From: Candidatus Woesearchaeota archaeon
Lineage (GTDB): Archaea > Nanobdellota > Nanobdellia > Pacearchaeales > UBA284
DNA length: 64,000 bases
Assembly: GCA_964396475.1 (NCBI GenBank)
Contig: CAYNFE010000002.1
Location: forward strand, 40,306-104,305
Direction: 5' to 3'
The notes below the pieces were generated by a model. It worked only from the letters and a program-made list of their open reading frames with translations, was not told where the DNA came from and did no database searches. The position numbers were made by a program, and so were the translations under genes. This document shows, piece after piece, positions 1 to 8,669 of this stretch (positions are counted from its first letter, which is position 1; every line of letters begins with the position of its first letter).

Positions 1-112
1 ATCAAAAGAAGATTTGTTGAAAGAACTTAAAGAAGCATATAATTTATAGCAACGATAGATTTAAATATTTGAAATGAAAAAATAATATATAAATAAGTGA
101 AAAAAAGATAAA

Positions 113-934
113 ATGGGTGAATCAATAGGTATTTTGTCAATAAAAGGTGGTGTAGGAAAGACAACTACAACTGTTTCTTTGGGAGCAGCCTTGGCTCAAC
201 AAGGTAAAAATGTTTTATTGATAGATGGAAATTTTTCTGCTCCAAATCTTGCTTTACATTTAGGTATAGTACAGCCAGAAATCTCTTTGTTTGATGTTTT
301 GAAGGGAAAGGCTAACGCATTAGGAGCTATACAAGAGACTGATTATGGGTTTGATGTTATTGGTGGAAGATTAAACATGAAAAAAGTGTTCTATCCAGAT
401 TATCTAAGATTAAAGCAGAAAATCCAGCATTTGAAGTATCATTATGATGTTATTCTAATAGACAGCTCTCCAACATTAGATCATGAAACTTTATCAGCTA
501 TGATGGCTTCTGATAGACTTTTAATAGTAACTACTCCTGATCATGCAACTCTTTCATGTACTATGCATGCAGTTAATGTAGCTAAAAAAAAGAAAGTTCC
601 TATAGCTGGAATTATCTTAAATAGGGTTTATGGCAAGAAATTTGAATTAAGTTTGGAACAAATAGAAAAGATGACAGGAGTTCCAGTCTTAGCAGTTATT
701 CCTCATGATATTAATATTCTTGAAGCATTATCAGAACTAAAGCCAAGTACTTTCGAAACAAAAGAGAATGAGGCTGTAGTTGAATATAAGAAATTGGCTG
801 CTTTTTTAATTGGGGAGAGTTATGAAGATAAAAGATTCAGTACAAAATTAAGAAGCTTTTTCTCAAAAAAAGTTCCAAAACAAGAAGTCAACAGACAGAC
901 AAGAAATAAAAAACATAGAATCAAACATAAATAA
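113..934 (+). CDS. minD: MinD/ParA-family P-loop ATPase
   Basis: Deviant Walker A KGGVGKTT; LLIDGN..PNL; ILIDS switch motif; GIILNR. Confidence 0.8.
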   Translation: MGESIGILSIKGGVGKTTTTVSLGAALAQQGKNVLLIDGNFSAPNLALHLGIVQPEISLFDVLKGKANALGAIQETDYGFDVIGGRLNMKKVFYPDYLRLKQKIQHLKYHYDVILIDSSPTLDHETLSAMMASDRLLIVTTPDHATLSCTMHAVNVAKKKKVPIAGIILNRVYGKKFELSLEQIEKMTGVPVLAVIPHDINILEALSELKPSTFETKENEAVVEYKKLAAFLIGESYEDKRFSTKLRSFFSKKVPKQEVNRQTRNKKHRIKHK

Positions 935-1142
935 TTTCTATAATTTTCTCATGACTTTTCTGGCCTTTTATTATTCTAATTTTTGATTTAGGAATATTAA
1001 AATGTTCAGCAAGAATCTCTATTAATCTTTTATTGGCCTTTCCTTTCTGGGCTGGAGCATCTACTTTAACTTTCAATAAATTTTTTTCTTGGATAACTTC
1101 AGCTTTTTTTGCGTTTGGAATTACCTTGATTTTTATTTTCAT
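921..1142 (-). CDS. DUF167/YggU (UPF0235) family protein
   Basis: IKVIPNAK...APAQKGKANKRLIEILA...IIKGQKSHEK pattern. Confidence 0.85.
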   Translation of the reverse strand: MKIKIKVIPNAKKAEVIQEKNLLKVKVDAPAQKGKANKRLIEILAEHFNIPKSKIRIIKGQKSHEKIIEIIYV

Positions 1143-1158
1143 TTTTTAAAGTAAAGCA

Positions 1159-1231
1159 AGCCGCGGGTGGGAATTGAACCCATAACCTATTGCTTACGAA
1201 GCAATTGCTCTACCAGTTGAGCTACCGCGGC
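1159..1231 (-). tRNA. tRNA-Thr(CGT)
   Basis: Cloverleaf with acceptor GCCGCGG/CCGCGGC, anticodon arm ATTGC-TTCGTAA-GCAAT, T-loop TTCAATT. Confidence 0.95.
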
Positions 1232-1257
1232 ATAAAATTAATAAATAAGAATAGTTT

Positions 1258-2055
1258 TTATTTTTTCTCTTTCCTTGTTTTCGTCATTCTAAGTTTCTTT
1301 GTAATCAGTTCCTTAATCTTCTCTTTTTTTTCTTTCTCTCTTTTATCTTTTCTTGGTTTCTCTTCTTCAATTTCATAGAAATCACTGGCCTTCAATTTCT
1401 TTTTTATTTTTCTCTTTTTTAAATAGAGTTTAGCAATTATGTAAAAAACAAGACCTATGCTTTTTGAAGATTTATTATTGCAAGGAACTACAAGGTCTAG
1501 ATAGTCTACCATATTGTTTGTATCACATAGACCAATAATAGGAATATGAATCTTAACAGCATCCTTTAAAACATTTTTATCTAGCCAGGGATCTGTTACA
1601 AAAACAACTTCTGGTTCAAAGAAATTTTCTAAATCAGGGTTAGTAATCATTCCAGGGGGATATTTTCTAAAGATTTTTATATTAGTAGCCTCACCGAAAG
1701 CTTCAAGAGCTTTTTGCCCAGCATCTCTTTTACAACATAAAATAATATGCTCTGGCTCATAATTAGCTAGAAAATTAGCTGCTAGAGCAATCTTCTCATC
1801 AATCTTTTTAGTGTTAAGGACAGCAATACCATCAGCTTTTCTTCTGTAAACATACTGGCGCATTCCCGGAGTGACTGCTCGAGTTCCTAGATGAACAGCT
1901 GTTTTAATATAATCTTCTAAAGGAACTAGTAATTCTTCTTTTTCTTTTGTTTTCTTCTTCTCTTCTTTACCTTCTTCTTTATCTTCTTCCTTATCCTTCT
2001 GTCCTTCTTCAGATTCTTCTTTGTGTTTTGTCTCTTCTTTCTTTTTTCTTGGCAT
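1258..2055 (-). CDS. rps2: 30S ribosomal protein uS2 with charged N- and C-terminal extensions
   Basis: AVHLGT, YVYRRKADG, PGMITNP, TDP, DLVVPCNNKS archaeal uS2 motifs. Confidence 0.95.
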   Translation of the reverse strand: MPRKKKEETKHKEESEEGQKDKEEDKEEGKEEKKKTKEKEELLVPLEDYIKTAVHLGTRAVTPGMRQYVYRRKADGIAVLNTKKIDEKIALAANFLANYEPEHIILCCKRDAGQKALEAFGEATNIKIFRKYPPGMITNPDLENFFEPEVVFVTDPWLDKNVLKDAVKIHIPIIGLCDTNNMVDYLDLVVPCNNKSSKSIGLVFYIIAKLYLKKRKIKKKLKASDFYEIEEEKPRKDKREKEKKEKIKELITKKLRMTKTRKEKK

Positions 2056-2094
2056 TTTAATTTAAGATGAAAGCAATTTAAAAAGCTTATGAAA

Positions 2095-2176
2095 CGCCGG
2101 GACTGGGATTCGAACCCAGATATCCTTGCGGAAACAAGGTTAGCAACCTTGCGCCTTACCATTGGGCCATCCCGGC
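2095..2176 (-). tRNA. tRNA-Ser(GCT)
   Basis: Acceptor GCCGGGA/TCCCGGC, anticodon arm CAAGG-TTGCTAA-CCTTG, long variable arm, G73. Confidence 0.95.
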
Positions 2177-2209
2177 ATATGATAAAGAAGAAATCAGAAC
2201 TTTTAAACT

Positions 2210-2446
2210 TTATTTTTCTCTTTCAATAATTTTATACTTTCTATCAAATTTTCTCTGTTTGATTAAAGAAATAGCTCCTTCAACAATCAAACCTAAACCA
2301 GCCAAGAACCAAAACCAATCAGAAGAAAAATCATAAATTCCTGTTACTTTAATCAGAGCACTAAAAGCAAGAATAAATCCTACTATAATAAAAATTTCAT
2401 AACGCCAAAAATTATTAATTTTTTTAAGTTTTGTTCTCATAGTCAA
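2210..2446 (-). CDS. small 2-TM membrane protein
   Basis: Two hydrophobic stretches; TATA-like element upstream. Confidence 0.6.
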   Translation of the reverse strand: MTMRTKLKKINNFWRYEIFIIVGFILAFSALIKVTGIYDFSSDWFWFLAGLGLIVEGAISLIKQRKFDRKYKIIEREK

Positions 2447-2476
2447 ATAAGAAAAATATTCTTTTTATAAATCTTT

Positions 2477-2719
2477 TTATTTTTTATTTTTTCTTTTCTT
2501 TTCAATTAATCTCTCAGCTCTCTTTATCATATCTTTTTTCAGACCAATAAAGCAACCACCCTCTTTACCAGCACAATATGTTGCTTCACCTGGCTTGATT
2601 ATCTTTGCTATTTCTGGACTCTCTATATCTATATGTGTTATTCTTGCTCTTGCTTTTCCTTTTTCATGCAGATAAACCTTACATTTGATAGGATGCTTAC
2701 CTTCAGCTTTGCCTGTCAT
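2477..2719 (-). CDS. hypothetical protein
   Basis: ATG ORF with TTTAAA about 22 nt upstream; protein-like composition. Confidence 0.65.
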   Translation of the reverse strand: MTGKAEGKHPIKCKVYLHEKGKARARITHIDIESPEIAKIIKPGEATYCAGKEGGCFIGLKKDMIKRAERLIEKKRKNKK

Positions 2720-2769
2720 AAAAAAACTAAGCAGAAAAGATATTTAAAGTTTTCATAATTAAGCTTAAG

Positions 2770-2937
2770 ATGAAAAAAACAAATAAAAATTATGATTTAA
2801 ATCTACCAATTCTTTATCTTATAGATGCAACTAGCATTCGATATGGCTGTAAGAGTGTTGAAGAAACTATTGATAAGATAAAAGAACTGACTGGTTTAAA
2901 AAGTTTAGAAAAAATAAAAAAAGAAATTATGCTTTAA
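2770..2937 (+). CDS. small hypothetical protein (55 aa, MKKTNKNYDLNLPILYL...)
   Basis: Read manually; ATG 2770 to TAA 2937 with TTTAAA upstream; below the ORF-track cutoff. Confidence 0.45.
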   Translation: MKKTNKNYDLNLPILYLIDATSIRYGCKSVEETIDKIKELTGLKSLEKIKKEIML

Positions 2938-2950
2938 GACTTTAGATTAG

Positions 2951-3025
2951 GGAGCCATAATGTAGTTTAGCATAGTATTCGTGCTTAGGGCGCATGCGAC
3001 GGGGGTTCAAATCCTTCTAGCCACA
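2951..3025 (+). pseudogene. degenerate tRNA-Pro-like gene (anticodon AGG)
   Basis: Anticodon arm CGTGC-TTAGGGC-GCATG and T-arm GGGGG-TTCAAAT-CCTTC present; 3 acceptor mismatches and D-loop GG lost. Confidence 0.7.
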
Positions 3026-3074
3026 TCTAAACACATCATAACATTTAAAAGAATTCTCAGGGTAATATTATTAT

Positions 3075-3150
3075 AGCGGGGTGGAGCAGTCTGGAGTGCT
3101 CGCAGGGCCCATAACCCTGAGGTCGCGTGGTTCAAATCCCGCCCCCGCTA
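3075..3150 (+). tRNA. initiator tRNA-Met(CAT)
   Basis: A1-U72, acceptor AGCGGGG/CCCCGCT, three G-C pairs in anticodon stem CAGGG/CCCTG. Confidence 0.93.
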
Positions 3151-3159
3151 TCAATAAAA

Positions 3160-3837
3160 ATGTTCTACATAGGAATAGATGAAGCAGGAAGAGGGCCTGT
3201 TCTCGGACCAATGATTCTTGCTGGTGTATTAGCTGATGAAAGAGAGATAACAAAATTCAAGGAGCTAGATGTAAAAGACTCTAAGATGGTAATTCCTAAA
3301 AGAAGAGAATTTCTGGCAAGAGAGATAAAGAAAATAGCTCTTGGTTATCACATTATAAAAATAAATCCTGAAGAAATAGATGAAAAAATAGATCATAAAG
3401 TTAATTTGAATAAAATTGAGGCACTAAAAGCAGCTGAAATCATAAATATTTTAATGAAAAAGGTTCCTGAAGCTGAAATTATAGTTGATTGTCCCTCTCC
3501 TAACACAAGAGCATGGCAAAATTATCTATATGAACATTTACATGACAAAAACAAGATTAGATTAAAATGCGAGCATAAGGCTGATATTAATTATCTTGTT
3601 GTGAGTGCTGCATCAATTTTAGCAAAAGTCACAAGAGATTATGAGGTTGAAAAGATAAAAAAACAATATGATATTAAGTGTGGAAGTGGTTATCCTTCTG
3701 ATCCTGTATGTCAGAAATTTTTAGAGACAGACAAAGCAAGAGAGATGGCTAAACTAGGTTTGATAAGAAAGTCTTGGGCAACTTGGAAAAATGAAGTGAA
3801 AAAGAAAGGGCAGAGAAAACTTCTAGAATTCAGTTAA
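3160..3837 (+). CDS. rnhB: ribonuclease HII
   Basis: GIDEAGRGPVLGP, DSK, AASILAKV, GSGYPSD; C-terminal PIP-like QRKLLEF. Start moved to ATG 3160 because the longer ORF overlaps the tRNA. Confidence 0.97.
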   Translation: MFYIGIDEAGRGPVLGPMILAGVLADEREITKFKELDVKDSKMVIPKRREFLAREIKKIALGYHIIKINPEEIDEKIDHKVNLNKIEALKAAEIINILMKKVPEAEIIVDCPSPNTRAWQNYLYEHLHDKNKIRLKCEHKADINYLVVSAASILAKVTRDYEVEKIKKQYDIKCGSGYPSDPVCQKFLETDKAREMAKLGLIRKSWATWKNEVKKKGQRKLLEFS

Positions 3838-6291
3838 TTTTTTTTGATCTTTTATGAGTATATCTTCTTTTTTTATGCCAAAGACTTCAAAAATGTTCTC
3901 AACTGCTGGCAAGATTTGATGCTCTAAATAATACTTGATATTATACTCTCCTTTTTCATCAGGAAGTTTTACTTTCTCCCTTACTAAAGATTTTTTTAAT
4001 CTTGTTTCAGCTATAAAATATTCTATTAACATACCCATATCAACAGGAGTTCCGCTCTTTTTCATTTTTTCAGCAGCTATGACATGAGGAGTTCTTGCTT
4101 TGTATTCAGAAAGAGGTTTTTTTAATTGAGTTCTGATAAGTATTTCATCTCTTGAAACTCTTCTTTTCTTTAAATCATCTACTGTTTTTTGTAAAATTTG
4201 AAAGGCTTTTTTTTCATTACCATCTTTAAGTATCCTCTGTAAGATATCATTTTGAAGATTTCTGACTAGATTACACCAATCTCTCCTGACAGTTTCAAAA
4301 CCTCTTATTTTTAACTTACCTCTTTCATTTATAAGAGCATATTTTTTCTTTGCTCCAAAACCTCCTGCCCTTTTAGTCACCCAAATTCCTCTTTTGTAAA
4401 AATCCTCAAGTTCAAGTTCCATTATTCCTGGAAGTTCAGAATTTAATTTTTTAAGAAATTTAAGAGTTTCAGTTCTTTTTTTATTTTTTAATTGAAAAGC
4501 CACACTATCAGTATCACCATAAATAACATTATAACCTGCATTTCTTGTTTTATCTATAGTTTCTTTATTAAATTTTCTAACAAAGGCAAGAATCGAGGCA
4601 GATGATTCAAGAGAGTAGTAGCGGGCCCCAAAAAAACCTATATAACCATGAACTGCAGCTGATAATAGTTTGAATGCATTGCTCCTTGCTTTAGTTATAG
4701 GATTTGGATTTTCTTTGTATTCTCGTTTAACTTTCTTTCTTTTTTCTATGAGTTCTTTAAACATCATAGGGAAAAATCCTGGTTTTTTTGAAAAATAAAA
4801 TCTTGTTTTTTTACCTGCAAATTCAACTTCAGGAGATTCATAAGAGTTTTTCTCTCTCTTCTTTAGTAATGTTGCTTTAGAAATATTAAAAGAAACTATT
4901 ATGCTTGTATGCATGCTTGTAAAATCAAATATAGCAAGATTTTCATATAAACCTGCTTTTGGTTCTAAAACAAAAGCTCCTTCTACTCTTTTTCTTTGTC
5001 TTCTTTCTTTTATTTCATCATGTAGGGGGCGTTTTTCAGCAATTTCATTATAATTATTAAGCTGATGTAAAATATAATCCTCTAATAAATGGGCCATTGA
5101 ACTTCTTGTTATCTCAAAAAGAGGTTCTTGTATGATTCTGCTGAATTCTATCATATCTGGCCAGAATTTTTCTGCTAATTTATATGTCAAAATAGAATCT
5201 TGAAGATTATATTCAAAATAATTCTCCCACTCATGTTCTTTTATTTTAGAAGAGTGTTTATGATTAAATTCTTTTTTTCCTTCTCCTAATAGTTCGTAAG
5301 CCACATCATTCAAACCTAAAGTCTCTGACTGTAAATATTGAGAATAGACTGTCTCTATAAACCTAAATAAGTCAACATGAACTATTCCAGTTATCTTTGC
5401 TTTTGGAATCCTTCCTCTAAAAAAAGATGGCTGACTTTTATCTAAACCTAATGAAAGTTTAATTTTATTTTTCTCAGCTCTGGCTTTTAAATATGGAATA
5501 TCAAAACCATCACTAAAATAACCAACAAGAACATCAGGAGAGATTTTATTCACATAATCAATAAAAGCTTCAAGCATTTCTGCTTCACTCTTAAAATATT
5601 CAACATAAGTGGGCTTCTTTAAACTTTTCTTGCATGTCAGAACTTTTTTAAAATTATCAGATACAAGAGATATCATTAAAATCTCTCCTTTTCCTAATTC
5701 TAATTCATCTGATTCTATATCAAATGCTAAAATTTTAGGTTTGAATTTTTTATTTTCTATTTTTTCTATTTTTTCTACTTTTATACAAGTATCAATATCA
5801 AAAGCTGAATCTATACCACCAAATTCCGAAGAATTATTTAAAATTTCACCAGAGATCTTGCGCCAGGATAAGGGAATAAATTTTTTATCAATTATATATT
5901 TAGTTATCAAAGACATGTCATACTCTCTTCTTGCTTCAATTTCTTTAAAATCAAGTTTATTAGCTACTGGATGAGCATCTTTGTAGTTTGTTATAAAAAT
6001 TTTGAAAGCTTTTACTGATTTTCCTAGAAAATTTTTATCATGAATTTCTGTTTTTTTTACTTTGGTTATTCTTGAAGGAAGCTTAATCTCTATTTTATCT
6101 ATCTTTCTCTGTAATTCTTTGATTCTTCTATCAGAAATACCTTGTTTTAGAACAGCCCAAAGATAAGGTTCAAAATTATCTATTAGACAGACTCTTTTAC
6201 CTCTGTCATCCCTGCCTATAATTCGTACATAATTATGGCCTTGCCAGTCAAAATAGCCATAATCCAAGGGAATAAAATTAATTTGAACCAT
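3823..6291 (-). CDS. polB: family B DNA polymerase with non-canonical motifs A and B
   Basis: ExoI DIE, ExoIII YNLQD, motif C YGDTDS, KKKY, RGFETVRRDW, C-terminal PIP QKKLTEF. Confidence 0.95.
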   Translation of the reverse strand: MVQINFIPLDYGYFDWQGHNYVRIIGRDDRGKRVCLIDNFEPYLWAVLKQGISDRRIKELQRKIDKIEIKLPSRITKVKKTEIHDKNFLGKSVKAFKIFITNYKDAHPVANKLDFKEIEARREYDMSLITKYIIDKKFIPLSWRKISGEILNNSSEFGGIDSAFDIDTCIKVEKIEKIENKKFKPKILAFDIESDELELGKGEILMISLVSDNFKKVLTCKKSLKKPTYVEYFKSEAEMLEAFIDYVNKISPDVLVGYFSDGFDIPYLKARAEKNKIKLSLGLDKSQPSFFRGRIPKAKITGIVHVDLFRFIETVYSQYLQSETLGLNDVAYELLGEGKKEFNHKHSSKIKEHEWENYFEYNLQDSILTYKLAEKFWPDMIEFSRIIQEPLFEITRSSMAHLLEDYILHQLNNYNEIAEKRPLHDEIKERRQRKRVEGAFVLEPKAGLYENLAIFDFTSMHTSIIVSFNISKATLLKKREKNSYESPEVEFAGKKTRFYFSKKPGFFPMMFKELIEKRKKVKREYKENPNPITKARSNAFKLLSAAVHGYIGFFGARYYSLESSASILAFVRKFNKETIDKTRNAGYNVIYGDTDSVAFQLKNKKRTETLKFLKKLNSELPGIMELELEDFYKRGIWVTKRAGGFGAKKKYALINERGKLKIRGFETVRRDWCNLVRNLQNDILQRILKDGNEKKAFQILQKTVDDLKKRRVSRDEILIRTQLKKPLSEYKARTPHVIAAEKMKKSGTPVDMGMLIEYFIAETRLKKSLVREKVKLPDEKGEYNIKYYLEHQILPAVENIFEVFGIKKEDILIKDQKKLTEF

Positions 6292-6413
6292 ATAATAATC
6301 AAAACAAAGATACTTTTAAAATTTCTTTATTCAAAAAACGAAACATTTATAAATAAATTATCACTTATTAATAGTAACATAAATATTAAACAAAAAAGGA
6401 AAATAATGATAAA

Positions 6414-6734
6414 ATGAATAAAATAAAAGGATTAGGTGGATTAGCTGCTTTATTGACTTTAGCTATAGGTCTTTCTAGTACAAACTGTGATTTTATTGAT
6501 CCTGGAGTAAAAAGCAGGAGAATAGCAGAAAATCATGACCCTGCTAAAGCTGATACTGTTACAGTTAGAAGATATCAATCTTGGTCTGGTATAGCTAAAA
6601 GTATTTGTCCTGAAGGTGTTCATATAGATGATGTTGGAGCAGAAATGAAAAAATTAAATCCACAAATTAAGAGCATACATATGATTTATCCAGGACAAAA
6701 AATAGCAGTTCCTGATTATAGTACAAGAAAATAA
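6414..6734 (+). CDS. secreted or lipoprotein-like LysM-domain protein
   Basis: N-terminal signal ending STNC; TVRRYQSWSGIAK...LNPQIKSIHMIYPGQKIAVP fits LysM. Confidence 0.75.
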   Translation: MNKIKGLGGLAALLTLAIGLSSTNCDFIDPGVKSRRIAENHDPAKADTVTVRRYQSWSGIAKSICPEGVHIDDVGAEMKKLNPQIKSIHMIYPGQKIAVPDYSTRK

Positions 6735-6749
6735 AAATATTGAAATAAA

Positions 6750-7250
6750 ATGACAACAAAAAAACAAAAAAACCAGATGCTGGATTATTTAGTAGATAGA
6801 TTATTAAATTGTGGAAAAGATATTGTGCCTAGAACAAAAGAAATGATTTCTGGTATAGATTCAAATTATATTAAAGTTGGAGATGATGGGATTATTTTGC
6901 TTGTTGACCAGGTTTATCCTAATAATGCTTTAAATAAATTATACAGAAAAGCTAAAAAAGAAAGAGAAAATGTTGGTATGGTTTTATATAAAGATGGAAA
7001 AACTTTTTTTAGAAATGCAGCAGAAAAAAATTATTTTAAAATGAGAGAAGATCTCAGCTTAAGAAAATATAGTAATGATGAAATGCATAGGATGATATCT
7101 TTTAGACCAGAAGAGAATTTTATATATGATAAAAAAGAAAGAAAATTACAATATTTTCAACCAGATTCAGAGAGATTGCCTGAAGGCTTGATTACTTTTG
7201 AATTTAGACCAGTACATTTTGATTATGAACATATTGATCAAAGATTCTAG
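6750..7250 (+). CDS. hypothetical protein; frame stays open past the TAG to 7370
   Basis: 166-aa ORF followed by 39 further in-frame sense codons. Confidence 0.65.
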   Translation: MTTKKQKNQMLDYLVDRLLNCGKDIVPRTKEMISGIDSNYIKVGDDGIILLVDQVYPNNALNKLYRKAKKERENVGMVLYKDGKTFFRNAAEKNYFKMREDLSLRKYSNDEMHRMISFRPEENFIYDKKERKLQYFQPDSERLPEGLITFEFRPVHFDYEHIDQRF

Positions 7251-7400
7251 TTTAAGCCAGATAATACTGATTCAAAAAGATTACATATTTGGGTGAAAAA
7301 AAACCTAAAGAATGGAAAATTAAGATTAGAAGATAAAGTACCTGACAAAGGAATTCTGAAAGAAAGATAAATTTTTATATTTGAATTCTTTCCTGTTTTT

Positions 7401-8447
7401 ATGGGCCTTCAGATAAGTGAATTAGTTCCAAAAAAAGAGATAAAGCTTGAAGAATTGAGAGGAAAGATCATAGCTGTTGATGCTTTCAATATTCTTTATC
7501 AATTCTTAGCTAATATTAGACAAATAGATGGAACCCCTTTGATGGACAAGAAAAAGAGAGTCACTTCTCATCTTTCTGGACTTTTCTATAGAACCACTAA
7601 TCTGATGACTAAAGGTCTTAAATTAGTTTATGCTTTTGACGGTAAGCCTCCTAAGCTAAAAGAGAAAACAACAGAGAAGAGAGCAGAAAGAAAAGAAATA
7701 GCTAGAGAAAGATATGAAAAAGCTAAGGAAAAAGGTTCTGAGGCTGAAATGTTTAAGTGGTCTAGACAAACCCTAAGATTAAATGATGAGATGATTGATG
7801 AGAGTAAAGAATTGTTAAAAACATTAGGCTTGCCAGTTGTTCAAGCGCCTAGTGAAGGAGAAGCCCAATGTTCTCATATGGTTAAATACAAAGATGCTTA
7901 CACTGTTGCAAGCCAGGATTATGACTCTTTGCTTTTCGGAGCCACTAAACTTGTGCAAAATTTAACTCTTGCAAGAAAAAGACGTACATCAAGTGGAGCT
8001 TATGTTTCTATAAGTCCTATAATGATTGAGCTTGACAATGTCCTGAATTTCTTACAGATTAATCATGATCAACTAATCTGTCTTGGCATCTTAGTTGGAA
8101 CAGATTTTAATCCACAAGGAATTAAAAGTATAGGGCCTAAAAGAGCTTTACAGCTTGTCAAGACATATAAGCAGCCAGTCTTACTTTTCCAGGCTCTTGA
8201 TAAATTAGTTAATGAAGGTAAGATTCCAAAGCCAGAATTTGATTGGCAAGAAATTTTTTCTCTGTTTAAAAAACCAGATGTTAAGAAAGAATATAAGATT
8301 GAATTTAAAAAAGTGAATGAAGAAAAAGTTAGAGAATTATTATGTAAAGAACATGATTTTTCTGAAAATAGAGTTAATAATGCTTTGAAAAGAGTTGCAG
8401 ATTATGAAAAAGCTGCTAAACAAAAAGATCTCAAGAGCTTTTTCTAA
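7401..8447 (+). CDS. fen: flap endonuclease 1
   Basis: AVDAFN, FDGKPP, APSEGEAQ, SQDYDSLLFG, GTDFN, PIP box QKDLKSFF. Confidence 0.97.
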   Translation: MGLQISELVPKKEIKLEELRGKIIAVDAFNILYQFLANIRQIDGTPLMDKKKRVTSHLSGLFYRTTNLMTKGLKLVYAFDGKPPKLKEKTTEKRAERKEIARERYEKAKEKGSEAEMFKWSRQTLRLNDEMIDESKELLKTLGLPVVQAPSEGEAQCSHMVKYKDAYTVASQDYDSLLFGATKLVQNLTLARKRRTSSGAYVSISPIMIELDNVLNFLQINHDQLICLGILVGTDFNPQGIKSIGPKRALQLVKTYKQPVLLFQALDKLVNEGKIPKPEFDWQEIFSLFKKPDVKKEYKIEFKKVNEEKVRELLCKEHDFSENRVNNALKRVADYEKAAKQKDLKSFF

Positions 8448-8632
8448 CCTTTCTTAATCCCAATTATTAATGCTATCGCTCCTAGAATTGCTGTTATCCC
8501 AAAATATACTCTAGGATCTGCTGGAAATCTTGCAATTATTCCTGGTGTGAAATTGAAATTAAATGCCAAGCCTATCAAACTCACTGCTAAAACTATCAGA
8601 CCGAACAAAAATAACATTGGTTTTGGTCTCAT
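8444..8632 (-). CDS. small 2-TM membrane protein
   Basis: Two hydrophobic helices; co-oriented with the upstream membrane protein. Confidence 0.6.
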   Translation of the reverse strand: MRPKPMLFLFGLIVLAVSLIGLAFNFNFTPGIIARFPADPRVYFGITAILGAIALIIGIKKG

Positions 8633-8669
8633 TTTTTTATTTTTTTATTTAATTTATTTATTATAATTA

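Noticed and set aside
1..49. Possible 3' end of an upstream gene (SKEDLLKELKEAYNL)
   Set aside because: Too short to identify
1190..3253. Track ORFs 1190-1378, 1926-2162 and 3071-3253, and the 5' extension of rnhB
   Set aside because: They overlap tRNA genes or are shadows of real genes
7248..7250. Genome-wide amber recoding
   Set aside because: Conserved genes such as gltX and ychF end at TAG at the expected position, and no suppressor tRNA is seen
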